NCBI GenBank assembly: GCA_047495785.1
Contig: JBLDXI010000020.1
Coordinates: 1,240,001 to 1,304,000, forward strand
Origin: Lepidodermella squamata
Lineage: Eukaryota > Animalia > Gastrotricha
Direction of reading: 5' to 3'
DNA: 64,000 nt
Below, in pieces: positions 37,788 to 51,100 of this stretch. The position numbers and the translations under genes are program-made. The notes under the pieces were generated by a model that saw only the letters and a program-made list of their open reading frames with translations, was not told the origin of the DNA and made no database searches. Position 1 is the stretch's first letter, and each line of letters opens with the position of its first letter.

Positions 37788-40700
37788 CGCAGTAACAACG
37801 TAACAAAACTACTTATTAAATAAAATCAAAACAAATCACCATAAAAATTGACAGTAAGGCTTTTGACGAGCTACTTAAATAGCAGGCCTAGTGGGACGGT
37901 GCGGCCACACCCCTGGCGTTAGGCGTGCCAAGAGGCGCGTCAACAGCCACGTGGAAACATTGCATAACAACGTAGCAGTTTTTATGTTGGTCAGAGGAAA
38001 TTTAACCTACTAATGCGAAATAGCGGACTGGCCTTATGCCAACCCAATTATCGCCGCGATTTTCAGGCCAAATCGTCATATAAAAAATAGAGAAGCGCAG
38101 CATCTAATCAACACGCACGTGCTACTAATAAGCGGCTGACCCGGGTCAAACACCATAAATAGAAATTGCTAGGTCACTCGTCCGTTCATATTCACATAAA
38201 AGGAACGCGCGCAAGGCAAGAACACTAGATTACTGCCTGGTCGCTATTATTTGAAGCTATACATTCAGAAATCGAATTTAAAACACGTGCCCAAGTCTCT
38301 CAGGGAATTCAATGCGAATTTTCTTTCAAGAAAACACCGCAGAAATTCTCCCATCAAATTATTTCCATCCTATTCTCAGCAGAAAAATAGACAAGTGCTT
38401 CTAGTTATATTATCGATAGCATGGTTCGAAAACTACCGGGTATATTTTCTAACTAGTTTGTCCCTACCAATTCGAGCGTGACTGGTGTGGCATCTAAACA
38501 GCGGATAATTTATAGCCTGAGAATATAGGGTTGAACTGAAAAATAAAAATTAGCAAGGGGCGCATTATCAGCAGTCTGGAATTGGTTTTTTTCATACTCG
38601 CTATAGATGCCAACTACGCATTAGATAAGCCTTTTTGAAAAATGTAGTGCGGTGTATTTTATAGCACGTACCAAAAAACACGGTGTGGCAGGTTATGCGT
38701 ATTTCTTGCATTTGCACAGCTCGGCGCAAATGCCTGTAATAAATTGTCATTACCGTTTTTTTCTTGGCGCACGTGAATTTTCTCGCAAAAAAAACGAACT
38801 ATATAGGTGCGTCGAGCGATAAAAAACCACACGCCAGGCAAGCGGTGCAGAAAAAAAACAACCCCAGCTACGAGGGATCAGCGTTGTCGGACGCGCTCGT
38901 ATATGGTAGGTAATTGGAACAATGTATAATATACGAGAGAAACGCATGATGAAAAGCCGATCCTAGCTCTCGTGGTAGCGCCCGCGAGCTAATGAAAACA
39001 ATAATAATACGAAACAAGGTTTTCCACTGATCGTGGAAATAATAATGCGCACATTATACACCGCTCGATGAATATTCTATTTACGCCACCACTGCAAGCT
39101 GCAGTGAAGGGGAAAACGCTACGTTCCAAAAAGCAGCGTAGAATTGTGTTGGCCTGGGTCAATGTGTACACTTGTAAGAGCAGATCGAGGGACACAAGAA
39201 AACGCTGCCAGCTCACAAATTGCTGATTTTAATTATTTACATGTGCACGCACAGTGTCAAATATTTTTCTTCACGGGTGGGTGCTACTGGTAAAAAGAAA
39301 ACCACTGAATAATAAAAGAAAGAAAATCTCACCCACCAGCTCTCACCCAATAGAATCACTCGAAACATCGGATTGAGAATAAGGTTTCTGTTTCGCACAT
39401 GGGGTTCGCCTTATTATGTGCTGCTCTTTCACATAATACGTAGAAAATGAGGGAGTTTCAGCAAAAACATCAATGCAAATCAGATCACTTGAATTTTCAA
39501 ATTTTCCATTTCCCATCGAGACTTTTCAATTGCAGCAAGGAGTTACAGTTCTCAAGTTTGAAATAGGTTCCTAAACGGATGAAAACTTTGATTAGGCCAA
39601 GGCCCGAAGTAACAGCAAAAGTTCTGCTGTTACGTTACCACCATAGCGTCTTGCATTTAATTCAGACGCCTTTAAAACGGTTTGAGTCAAAATTGGCTGT
39701 CATACCTATCAGCCGATATTTTATCCCATCATAATAATACCTTTTTTATACTCACAAAATGAAGCTAGAAGACGCTCAGGTCCAGCTACTCACCAAGACA
39801 CTGTTCAATTTTTGTCAGTTATGATCGAGATGGGATGACAGCGTTCCGGCAACTGCTTATCACCAGACCTGCGGACCGCAGTCACGACGCTGGCTAAGGT
39901 CTCTGATGACGAAGGGGACCTAGAACAGGAATATTAAGGCAGCATTCAACGTCGCTTATCTGCGAGGATTTTTCGAGGATTTAATTCTGCAAAACGGGTG
40001 CAAAAGCATCGCTGCCAGCAGATTTCTTGTTTGAAAGCTGTTTCGAGTTTTAAATTAGATGCAGCAGAATGGAAATGACAAAGCAACATAAGGTACCATC
40101 ACCTCCATAGCTGGTTATTTTTTTATGTCAAGAGGACACGCACATATTCATCCCGTAAATCCAAAGTTGAATGGCTCGCATGAATGAATAGTCATAATTT
40201 TAAAGTGTATCCAAACACCAGGGCAGAATAATCACTTAGAAAACTGGCTTAGAATTTGAAAGCTTTAACAACATAACCATAAGATCAGCGTACAAAGTGG
40301 CAAGTGGCTAGTCTGACGTCTGACTAGCATCCATGAGGACTGTACTGGCTGCAAGCTCTTCTCCTGAACGCCCGAAAGGGCGCCGGGAGAAATTCAACAT
40401 AGCAGCCGCTCGCACTTTAGAGTAAATAAACTGACTCAACTACCGCCTCCATACGTTTTGAACCTCGGATCTCAAAGAATCAAATTCAAATCTTCGGCAA
40501 AGAAAAGCCAATCGAAGGCGAGTCGAAGAAAATATTAGACAATCGGAAATACCGTAAAGGTAGATTGTTTACTGTCGCTGGTTCGTTAGTAAGAATTCTA
40601 AGAGGATCGTGACTAGTGATTCCTGTACAGAAATAAGTAAGTGGTTTGCCAAGAAGAGAAATGTAAGTTTTGTAACGGAGCTGAAGAAAATTCTATTGGT

Positions 40701-41728
40701 AAGAAGTTTTAATGATGTGGATCTGAGATCAAAGGTTAGAGCTTCGAAACGTTTTGCAATACCAAACTCTGAAGTTCTATGGCTTCTGGATGCTATAGTT
40801 GGAATGAGTACGCCAGAAGAGAGTGCAAATAAAGAATTTAATTCATCTCTAACCAGTGGGTTTTTACACTGTGTCAGGTCGCAAACGAAAAGGACTGAAT
40901 ACAACTTGGCTATAATATGAAATGCTAGGTGGTAGAATGCGAACAGCTTTGAGAGTTTAGAGTTTTGAAACAGAGAATGGCACTGACTGAACGGTACTGA
41001 ATGGTATGTAGTATGTCCACAATTGACTCAGCCAACTCACAATGAACCATAACGAAACTTTCCTAATGTTCATATTTAGCGCGCTTTATTTGTCAAGGTC
41101 GGAATTTTAAAAAATTTCAGGAATTGGTCAAAAACATTTTTAAAATCAACATATTCTAATTTGATCTTATTATAAATTTAACTTACGTCAATGTCGATTA
41201 AAGCTATAATATAATTCATTTTTTTTATAATAATAAATCGTTTCCGATCTCATTTTAGGTGTTAGTTTCCCTCAACCCGTTTTATCCTATTTCATCATTT
41301 TCTTGTTTTATTGTTAAATTTGCTGCCACGTATCGAACTGCTTTTGCGACGTGTCATCCAGCTTTGTGGCTGATTTTGTTGTACATAATCAGAAATAAGA
41401 CCTCAGTCGAAGAAAACCGCCAAAGAATCCGGAATCCGCGATCGATCCCTAACACTTAACATCTGGATTTTAAATCCTATGGTTTCACTGGGCTTTCTTT
41501 ATCAGACATTTCATCTCGTTAAATATGATTGGTATTCAATTATATCTCAAACTCCGGCTTTCATGAGTTATGGATTCCAAGTTTTAATCGCTATGAATTT
41601 CCTCTCATTTCTCATTTCCTTTGGGACTTCGTAGGATTTTGAGGCTTTCGACTGAGTGACTTACCAGTATTATACCTATATAGGTAGTGGAAGATAAAAA
41701 TTCTGATTATTTATGTGTGCATATTAGA

Positions 41729-42064
41729 ATGTTTTTATTCGGTCGATCTAAGAAGAAAGAAGCCAACGAGACAGGCCAGGTTGTTGCCGGTTCTAAATCT
41801 GCGGAAAACTTTGTTCTTGTCGGGGCTAGCGAGTCTCATACATCAAGCAATCCTCAAGCCAATGACGTCATGGTATCCAGCAAAAACGTATTTAAACCCG
41901 TGAACCCTCTCGATGGTATCCCACTGACCGTTCAACTCACTGATAGCGGAAATCTCCGTAGCATTGGTCCTGCAGATTCACTAATTTTGCCTTACTCTTG
42001 CGATTGGAACTCTCTTACATACGAGTTCCAGTTAGAGCATCGTGTCTTACGTGATTTCCGATGA
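41729..42064 (+). CDS. UMAD1: UMA-domain ESCRT-I subunit (UMAD1-like), 111 aa
   Basis: N-terminal 'MFLFG..KK', 'NFVLVG', 'LDGIPLTV' and C-terminal 'YEFQLEHRVL' match the UMAD1 layout (GFVLLG, DVPFTL, YDFTLENSVL). Confidence 0.75.
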   Translation: MFLFGRSKKKEANETGQVVAGSKSAENFVLVGASESHTSSNPQANDVMVSSKNVFKPVNPLDGIPLTVQLTDSGNLRSIGPADSLILPYSCDWNSLTYEFQLEHRVLRDFR

Positions 42065-42188
42065 TCTATTAGTTAGCAGTGATATTATTTATATTTCGCT
42101 CCCTTTCGTTATTGACGACTTGGAATATGTCTTAATCGATTAAATATTGATGCCTTGTGATTTTTTGCATGATTTAGACGATTAAATA

Positions 42189-43430
42189 ATGGACAGCCAG
42201 GGCAATAAGGTCATTGTCTGTGACAACGGTTCTGGGGTAAGCTGAATTGTTTCTTAAGTTAGACTTCAAGGTCCTAGTTTTTATTTTTGTTAGTTTATGA
42301 AATGCGGATACGCCGGGTCGAACTTTCCGGAATTCGTAATTCCCAGTGTTATTGGTCGTCCAGTTCTGCGATATAAAGCTAAGCTTAGCGACGAAACGGA
42401 ACTAAAAGACATCATGGTCGGAGCCGAGGCTACACAACATCGCCACTTGCTTGAGTGCATTTACCCCATCGAAAATGGCATTGTCCGCGAATGGGATGAC
42501 ATGCAACTGCTATGGGATCAAGGATTTTCGAAAGAATTCTTGGACGTCGACCCTAAAAACGCCAAAATTTTGCTGACAGAACCGCCGATGAACCCGGGCA
42601 AAAATCGGGAGCGAATGCTTGAAGTAATGTTCGAGAAATACGGTTTTAAGGAAGTTTACATAGGCACACAAGCCGCATTGGCCTTGTATTCCGAGGGTCT
42701 CGTAACCGGAGTTATGGTGGATTCCGGCGATGGTGTAACCCACATTTGCCCTGTTTATGAAGGGTTCGCCTTGCCTCACCTTACACGTCGCCTGGATATT
42801 GCTGGTCGTGATATCACGCGTTATTTAATCAAACTGTTGTTAGCTCGCGGTTACGCCTTGAATCATTCCGCGGATTTCGAAACCGTACGGACGATGAAAG
42901 AAAAACTGTGCTACGTTGCGTTTGACATTGGCGCTGAAACCGATCTGGCGCAACAAACGACGGTTTTATCCGCAACTTATACATTGCCCGATGGCAGGAC
43001 GTTGCGACTAGGTGCTGAGCGATTCCAGGCTCCGGAAGTGCTATTCCAACCCCATTTAATGGGCTGTGAGACGCAAGGACTTGCCGAATTGCTATTCGGC
43101 ACTATTCAAGCGGCTGATCTTGACTTGCGGCCCGAGTTCTACCGCCACGTGCTGTTATCTGGCGGTTCAACTATGTACCCTGGTCTTCCATCGCGTTTGG
43201 AACGCGAAATGAGTCAATTGTACCTGGAGCGGGTTTTGAAGGGTGACAAGGAGAAGCTGTCGAAATTCAAGCTGAGGATCCAGGACCCGCCTCGCCGTAA
43301 GCACATGGTCTTCACCGGCGGTGCTTTGCTGGCTAATTTGATGAAGGACCGACCTGCTTTCTGGGTTTCTAAAGCCGACTGGGCGGAGAAGGGCCCGAAG
43401 GTTGTTGAGAAGTTCGGCGTCAAGTTGTAA
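42189..43430 (+). CDS. ACTR2: Actin-related protein 2; exons 42189-42236 and 42294-43430
   Basis: [28 protein letters not shown], '[22 protein letters not shown]', '[12 protein letters not shown]'. Confidence 0.97.
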
Positions 43431-43783
43431 ACGAGAATTGATTTTACTGCTTCTTGAATTCGCTTATTCTATGTAGAAATGATCGACCATCGCCTTGAAA
43501 AGAGCATTTGCTTTCATTATATGTATTATTGTAATCGCGCTCTAATCTATTGTAAAAAAAAATGATATGCTGCTGTTGTCCCGAAGGAGGCGAATTTTCT
43601 ACAATTATTTCTGCCATGTCCATTACCATTATATTACCATATCGATTGCTTTGTCAATACGCTGAAAGTGCAAATTTCAAAGAAAAATAGACGCTTGTCG
43701 AAAAACGATTTTTCAATAACAATGAACAACTGTGACATGTTATATTTTTTTCAAATTTTTTTAGGTGGATTATTATTGATTGA

Positions 43784-45294
43784 ATGGATTGGTGGACGGC
43801 GTGGTCCAATCCAGACGTTGCCGCCTTCGCCGGCGAAAATGGCAGCAGCAGGATGTCGCCTTTTGCGCTGTCGTCTGTTGCTATCGTAATTTTGTCTGGT
43901 CTCGCTTACAAAGTCACTTACCGCCTGATTCCTCTGCTAACCGATCTATTTGTTAATGCCGGCCGGTTCGGCTACGATTTGTCGAAAAAGACAAGATATA
44001 AAGTGTTAGTTGATGGATGATCGATAATTTCTTTTTGAAATTTTTTTATGACTTTCCAGACCCGAAAGTATGGGCATTGTATGCGGAACGATTTATCTCA
44101 TTGCTATGTTCTTGTTCATTCCGTTCCCGTTTGTCGACTACTTTGTCGGCGAGACGAAGCAGTTTGCTTACAGCAGAGTAAGAATAATTCTTAGAAAAAA
44201 ATATCATCTACCTTAATAATTTTTGTATTTAGTTTGTCGATTATTTATCAGGCCTTCTGTCTGTTTGCTGCATGTTGCTGCTCGGTTTCGCCGATGATGT
44301 TCTTGATTTGAGGTGGAGACACAAGCTAATGCTGCCAACCTTGGCCTCACTTCCGCTTTTGATGACTTACTTCGTCAACTCGAATATGACCGTAGTCGTC
44401 ATGCCTGCTTTTATTCGTGCAATCACCGGAAAATTTGTCGATATTGGTAGGTTAAATCGACTATTTGAATAATTCGCAAAAAAATTTCAATTATTTTCAG
44501 GTATTCTTTATTACCTATACATGTGTATGTTGGCTGTATTCTGCACCAATGCGATCAATATTTTGGCCGGGGTTAATGGTATCGAATGCGGGCAAAGTGT
44601 TGTCATAGCAATCAGTATTGCTGTTTTCAACTGCTTCGAATTAACCGGAGCTTACTTCAGAAATCACCTGTTTTCTCTTGGCCTGATTCTACCTTATATT
44701 GCCGTCTCATTCGCTCTTTTACGTCATAACTGGTTTGTTTTAAAATATCCAGCTTAATTTTATTTGAATATTTCGATTTTTCTTAGGTACCCATCTAAGG
44801 TGTTTGTTGGTGATACTTTTTGCTATTTCTCTGGCATGATTTTCGCCGTTTCGGCAATTTTGGGCCATTTTTCGAAGACGCTGTTGCTGTTTTTCATTCC
44901 GCAAATTTTCAATTTCATCTTCTCGTGCCCGCAGTTGTTTCACCTGCTACCGTGCCCGCGTCATCGGATGCCGAAATTCGACCCCGAGGCCGATAAATTG
45001 CAGGCGTCTACATTTATTGTGAAGCCTGACGCTCTATCGACTTTGCCTCGATTGATTCTTCGAATCGCAACACTGCTCGGGTTGGTTCGAGTAACCCCGA
45101 CTGTGAAAGACGGCGATGATAAAAACTGGGTTGAAGTGACAAATTTCACTATTATCAACTTGGTGCTAAAGTTGTTCGGGCCGATGCATGAGAGAAATGT
45201 GACGACGTTGCTGTTGATACTGCAAGCTATTTGTTCAGTGATCGCATTCGTAATTCGGTACCCACTTGCCAATATGCTGTACACGCCTCAGTGA
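43784..45294 (+). CDS. DPAGT1: UDP-GlcNAc:dolichyl-phosphate GlcNAc-1-P transferase; exons 43784-44004, 44060-44177, 44233-44446, 44501-44732, 44787-45294
   Basis: 'PESMG', 'GFADDVLDLRWRHK', 'FCTNAINILAGVNGIE', 'YPSKVFVGDTFCYF', 'PCPRHRMP'. Confidence 0.97.
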
Positions 45295-46050
45295 AAATTC
45301 GTGGTCGTAACATGATCGATACCCTGAAGTTTCCTGATTACGAAAAATCGAATGAAAAATATGTGCATCTACTTGTGAAGACTTATATTATCATTATATT
45401 GCTGAATTCGGTTGATCGGTGATTTCTTTTTCTTTTTGATAAATATAAATAAATAATATAATGTGCTTCTCGAGTTGCATCACTACGAGGCAAATCTCAC
45501 TTCTAACACTCACACTTTCCGTTTTTGAGCTGCTGTCAATGATTTTTTCGAAAATGAAAATAAAATTGAAATATCAAGCTGTTTTCACCGTGCATTTTTC
45601 GAAAATTTCAAGGTGCACAGGTTTTTTCGATTTTCGCAGATATCAGATACTAACCAGCGTTACCAGCCGGCTGCCGGTCTAATCTCAGAAAAGCTCGCGG
45701 GAAATCGAAGAGAGGCATCGCGGCATCCAGCTTCGAAGCAGAAACGATGCGATACGAATGAAACGAATATTGACCAATGCAATAGCCATCATCCTCGATC
45801 TTCGAATTTTGTAGTATGGTGCGCCGAAATCGTTCACACAATTGTTCTCTAGACGAACACATATTCAGTGTATTCAATTTTTCAATAATCCTAAATGTGC
45901 CGCACGGACTTCGATAGGACACAGATCGATAGCCCTTAATTATAGCAATCGATTGATAATATAATGATACATAGTTACTCTCCCGGTTCGGCCATTATTT
46001 TGGTGAAATATAGGTAATTCTCATACCCTAAAGGCTCAAATCCCTTATAG

Positions 46051-46349
46051 GCGTACAATATCATACTGCTGCTTATTTTTCGACGATCTTGGTACTATCA
46101 GCATCTCGAGGCGACCCAATCTTGGATAACTACGTCAACGAAAACGAAGACGAGGTCTCTAGTTCCATTATAAGCTATTTCAGCAAACACGAGCCGTCAA
46201 GCTGGCCCACCCACGCGGTTGTAGTCGCTAAAAAATCTGCGACTTCAGCAGACAATGAAGAAGCCGAGGATGAGCTGATGATAGCGAATGGCAGATGGCA
46301 GTCAAACCGCCGACCGCCGACGCAGGCAATAGACAGTTCAGAAAATTAA
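46051..46349 (+). pseudogene. Degenerate copy of prepropeptide 8
   Basis: Near-identical propeptide (ILDNYVNENEDE..WPTHAVVVAKKSA..DNEEAE). The ATG position is GCG, the RR site is deleted, and indels destroy the FY-GRRRRR end. Confidence 0.75.
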
Positions 46350-46744
46350 ATCACTCAAACTATATGCTGTATTGCACTATTATGGAATAAATTTGCGGTA
46401 AACAATAAATAAATGACAATTTTGGCGTTGCTAAATTGCTGCGTGTTTGATGTCGGGTAAACAAAAGAAAGAGACAAGGCCGGAGCAATCATCTATGAAC
46501 TGGAACACTAAATGAGAACGCACTATTGCGCAAAATCCTCAACTCAAGCCGCGAGTAAGTGGCATATTTCCACCAATTTTAAAGACTCCTACGCCCAGGT
46601 CTAGTCCACTATCTCAAAACACATCACAAGAGAAGAAATTCGTCATATTTCAAGCCTGCAAAGGTGATGCGACCCTTTTTCATTGCAACTTTCCTGAATT
46701 TTGACAGGTCTTAAAAATTAGTTAGTAGCTCAGCCGATCTGCCA

Positions 46745-47017
46745 ATGAGGTTAACATTCGTCCACCTCTTCATTTTCGGCCTGCTGTGGTCATTGGCTCA
46801 ACCGACTGGTGTCGCAAATCTGACAACTCAGTCTGATTACTTCACTGCTTCGACCTTGACAGCTCTTCACCAACCTACAGCTAGACCACGCAGGTTGGGC
46901 AGGGCAAAAATGTTGCCGGAGAACTACACGAAAAATGCAGCAGCGAATTGGCCGGAACTGGTTCAGCGCATAATTTACGGTCAGGCCAGAGGAATGATTC
47001 TATACGGACGTCGATGA
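46745..47017 (+). CDS. Secreted prepropeptide 9 (90 aa); predicted IIYGQARGMILY-amide
   Basis: Signal peptide MRLTFVHLFIFGLLWSLA; R-IIYGQARGMILY-GRR-stop; AATAAA at ~47050. Confidence 0.87.
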   Translation: MRLTFVHLFIFGLLWSLAQPTGVANLTTQSDYFTASTLTALHQPTARPRRLGRAKMLPENYTKNAAANWPELVQRIIYGQARGMILYGRR

Positions 47018-48118
47018 TTCTTTTCTGTATGCTTTTATGTTTCAAAATGAATAAAACAAAATAGCCGTCCCGCATTTGATGTTTTTACTGCACTCTTTAA
47101 AACATCATTATAATATTAAACTGTTATCATTATAATAATAGCAATAAGGACTGGATATGATGCAATATAATAATTATATAATATTGAATGCCGCAGAAAG
47201 AGAGAAAACAACGTCGTGATGCATGTTCCGTGAATGTAAAAGGAGGCGACAGGCGAAATTTGAAAAAAGAGCCAACATGCGTCCGCCCACCAGTAGTCGA
47301 ATCATTTATTAAAGCTATTTTTTACAGCAATATATGCTAACAAAGTCAATCGAGGGAATTTACATCTCCAATCTTACATAGGTTTTTACAGCAACTAAAA
47401 CGTCAGATGCAGCGTGAAATGAGCACATAACAGGTTGATCGCAAATAGAAGATTTTTTGTGTAGAAATGAAAAATTAATTTCTGAAATATGCGTCTTTGC
47501 ATCAACTCAGTGTAGCGCTTTGCGATGAAGAAACTGGATGAAGACAAGGATAACGATTGATCGAACAACACATGTGGTTAATGTCACGGTGCGGCGGTCG
47601 TGGTGACCACGGAAACAAAAAAATCTCACTGTTGATGAAATAAGAAGAAAAAAAGAAAAGGGTGTGTTCGCGTGGCATTTTTTTCCGAGAAAACATGAAA
47701 ATAGGAAACAAAAGCGTGGAAGAAATCTGCGTTTCTTTCTGCGGCATTTCATTGTTCATATAATAAAAAACAACAACGTAAAGATGAGAGCGCGGATTCA
47801 TCGAACGGAGCTTAAAATTCAAAAACTAAAGAAAGGCTCGAATTTTGGATCTGTAGAACAAATAGTAATAATTTATAATTTGATTACAACTACACCTTCG
47901 CGATTTTAAAACACGACGTATAATAATGTAACGAAGACAATGAAGCACAGCCTGCAAATTATTAAAGCACGCAAAAAGAAAGAAGAATCTGCTCGGCCTC
48001 CCTCTCTATTTTTTTATAACAAGCAACCTTTCAGGGTGTTTTGATAGCATTTTTCGGGTCAACTAAAAATTGTCGAAATATTGCCATATTTCCGTGAGTT
48101 GAATTGATTGATTTTATA

Positions 48119-51100
48119 TCACCGCCTATGGTGATGAATTGCAGATCCAGATGGGATTGGAAGGTGCGAGTCTCCCTGCATGTTCGAGACCATAAGATCA
48201 CGCGGCATCACGCTGTCGGCCGAGAACTGACCAGCCGCGGCGAGACGCTGGTGCCAAGACCCGGACCTCGGCATGCCGAAACCGCCGCCCGATGCCGAAA
48301 ACGCGCCAGACGCCGGTTGCCGGTCCGTCGCGACCGCCAGTAACCGAATGAATTCGCGCTCGAGGAGTTGCCTCGCCTCAGAGTCCTGCGCTGGTATTTG
48401 CAGGGCAAGAGCGAGGCACGCGGCTGTGAATGTATCGTCCAGCGCAATTAGGGCACCATGAACACCTGAGTCGACCAGGTTCTGCGCATATTCGCGCAAC
48501 CCTAGCTCCCTCACCCATTTTATCAACCGATCGTTCGACCATACCAGCACATCGTGCCATTCAATTTGCATGGCAGCGGCCTCGCGGCGCCGCTCCAATT
48601 CGGCCCGGTTGTAATTCAGCCGTTTCAGACACTGAATGCCGTATTGAAGACTGGTTCTGTGGAAGCTGTTGATCATTTTAAGGTGGTTGCGAAGATCTTT
48701 TTTCGTCAAATGCTCCAGCATGCGAGCATCGACGAGACACTCCATGAAATAGGGCCGGTGCTGCGCCAGGCCTAGAGATGGCAACCAGTAATTCCCGATC
48801 CACTCGTGGTTCATTTCGCCGAACGCTGATATCGAATGCGGCCGGGGTATACTCGAACCAGGTTGAACCGTTGTAAGAGCGACCATCTCCTGAATAGCGA
48901 GGCGGAGTTTGAGGCGGTGCAACGGGTTGGTGATACCGACTTCTTGCTGGATTTCCTGGTCACTCAGCGCGGCCATGATCGCCCCGGATTTGACATTGGC
49001 CCGACACGCGGCGACGTACCATGGCGGCATTCCGACCCACAATTCGAGCCAGGCTACAATGGTAGGTCCGTTCCACTGAGTGAACGGAGTGCCGGCTTTA
49101 ATGACCGATTCGAGGAGTTCATGCTTCTTGCCCTGGCGATTATCGATAGTCCGGTACGAATAGGGATCATCTATTGGTTGTTGATTGAAAGCTCCGGGTT
49201 GTTGCTGTTGTTGGTATCTCGGCGATGAAAACGCGCTAGTTTGGCTGGAAGGCAGTTCCATCGATCCGTTTTGCATGCCTAAAATTAGTAAAAAAAATAT
49301 TTTAGAAAATCCCGCAAGATTATTGATTAAAAAACAAAAGCAAATGAAAAATAACGCAAGTTGCCAAAAAAATTAAACTGCCTTGGAAAATCAAGTGCCC
49401 AAAAATTAAATTCAAAATCTCCGAATTATTGCGAACGAACCAGATCCCGCGCACATGTAAAGTGAGCATGAAAACAGGCGATTATCGTGTTTTGAGGCGG
49501 CGACTGACTTCTGTAAGTCAGACGCCACAGTGGAGATGAGAATGGCGCGAGAGCCGCTATCACTCGACTCATTTTCGGGCGCGCAATTCTCAGCGCTACT
49601 CATATTGCTCGAAGATGACGCTTTTCAAATAACAAGGACGGGAAAAAAATAATTAGTGCATGCATTTTACACAATTATTGCTTGAAAACTAGTTTATTGC
49701 AAGTAAATCTATAGTTTTAGCTGCGCTAACCAGATAACGGCATTTGCTGTTGCGAGGCTGATTTTTTCGACGCGGAAGATGACGAGAAAATGCGACCGAG
49801 TGACGACTTGAAGCCGCCGGATGACTTTTTCGAGGGTTGTTGCTGTTGCTGCTGCTGCATTTGAACCGACATCATTTGGTGATGCATCATCTGAGGGCTG
49901 TATTGCTGATTTTGCTGCGGGTTCATTCGAGACGCCTGTGGGGGCGGTACCATCGACGAGTAGCCGGAAGAATACGCACCGGCACTTGGCGACGACGAAA
50001 AGCCCATGTCTTGCCCACTTGATGCCAAATTCATCGGATGACTCGCTGAGGGTGCGGTTGAAGATGTATGCAGCATGCTAATCGAAGACGATACCGCATA
50101 TTGCGATTGCGAATTCGTCGATAGCTGAAAAAATCCAAAATAAATTAGATTGAAGAAGCAAAAACATTGAAATCTACTAGCAATAAGATTTAAAAATGAA
50201 ATCAATCAGCCAAAAACCACAATTTTAAAGATACAACATGTTCCACCATGCGTGAACTATCAAAGCCAGAGTGAATAATTTATCCAATCCATGTCAAACG
50301 TAAAAGCGCAAAAACCGAAAAGCCATTGAAAAACCAGGAAAATTAAATGAGAGAAAACTGATATGATTCGTATAGAACAGTTCAGCAAATTTAGACGAGA
50401 CACATCGAGAAACTCCTTGTATTTAAGGCAATCTACTACCTTGGGCGACGAGTGCAACGGGGAGTACGATGGTGACTGCGTGGAGCTGGCGGCAGTCGCG
50501 TAATTATTCCGGTAAATTTGCTTCTGAAGGACGTTAAGCAACTTGGGCTCGCCGCCAGCCCCTGTTGCACTGATCTGGGGGCTACTCTGAGTCGCTGGAA
50601 CGCGTCTATTCAGCTACAGTAGTGCAAGAGCGATCAGAATTTGGTCACAAGTGAGAAAATGGGATTAGTCACATTTATAAACCAGGTTACACAAAATTAA
50701 AATACGACCGCCCGATGAAGTTTCAAATAAAAATGAAAAAGATAACGTTTTAGAGATTTTTCGCATAAATTTTGAAAATTTGAATATAATGAAAAAATTT
50801 ACCATCGGAGTTCGACCAGGCTGCATGTTGAGAGGGGGTGGCACTGGGGGAGGGGTGGGACTGCCTCTGCTGACGATTGAGTCCATTGAATAGCCGGGGC
50901 CGGGCACCATACCGCCAAGCGATCGATTGCTCGAGCTAACTTTGCTCGAATCCAGCAGCTGACCGGTTCGCATATCAGCCGACATTTTTTGTTCCTGAAT
51001 CATGCGAATCTCATCGTTGATCGCCTCGAGTTGTTTCTGAAGCAACCGCGCTAGCTGCTGCGCATCGCTCGGAACTTCGAGGCCATTCGCATCGGTATCG

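Noticed and set aside
37940-38125. CACGTG E-boxes and a C/EBP-like site upstream of GS
   Set aside because: Short motifs expected by chance; no conservation data.
39750-41000. Overlapping ORFs 40569-40904 and 40609-40920 as a gene or retroelement
   Set aside because: No recognisable motif, splice structure or termini; possibly decayed repeat DNA, but not supportable.
42189-43430. Conventional actin
   Set aside because: The N-terminus and internal motifs are diagnostic for Arp2.
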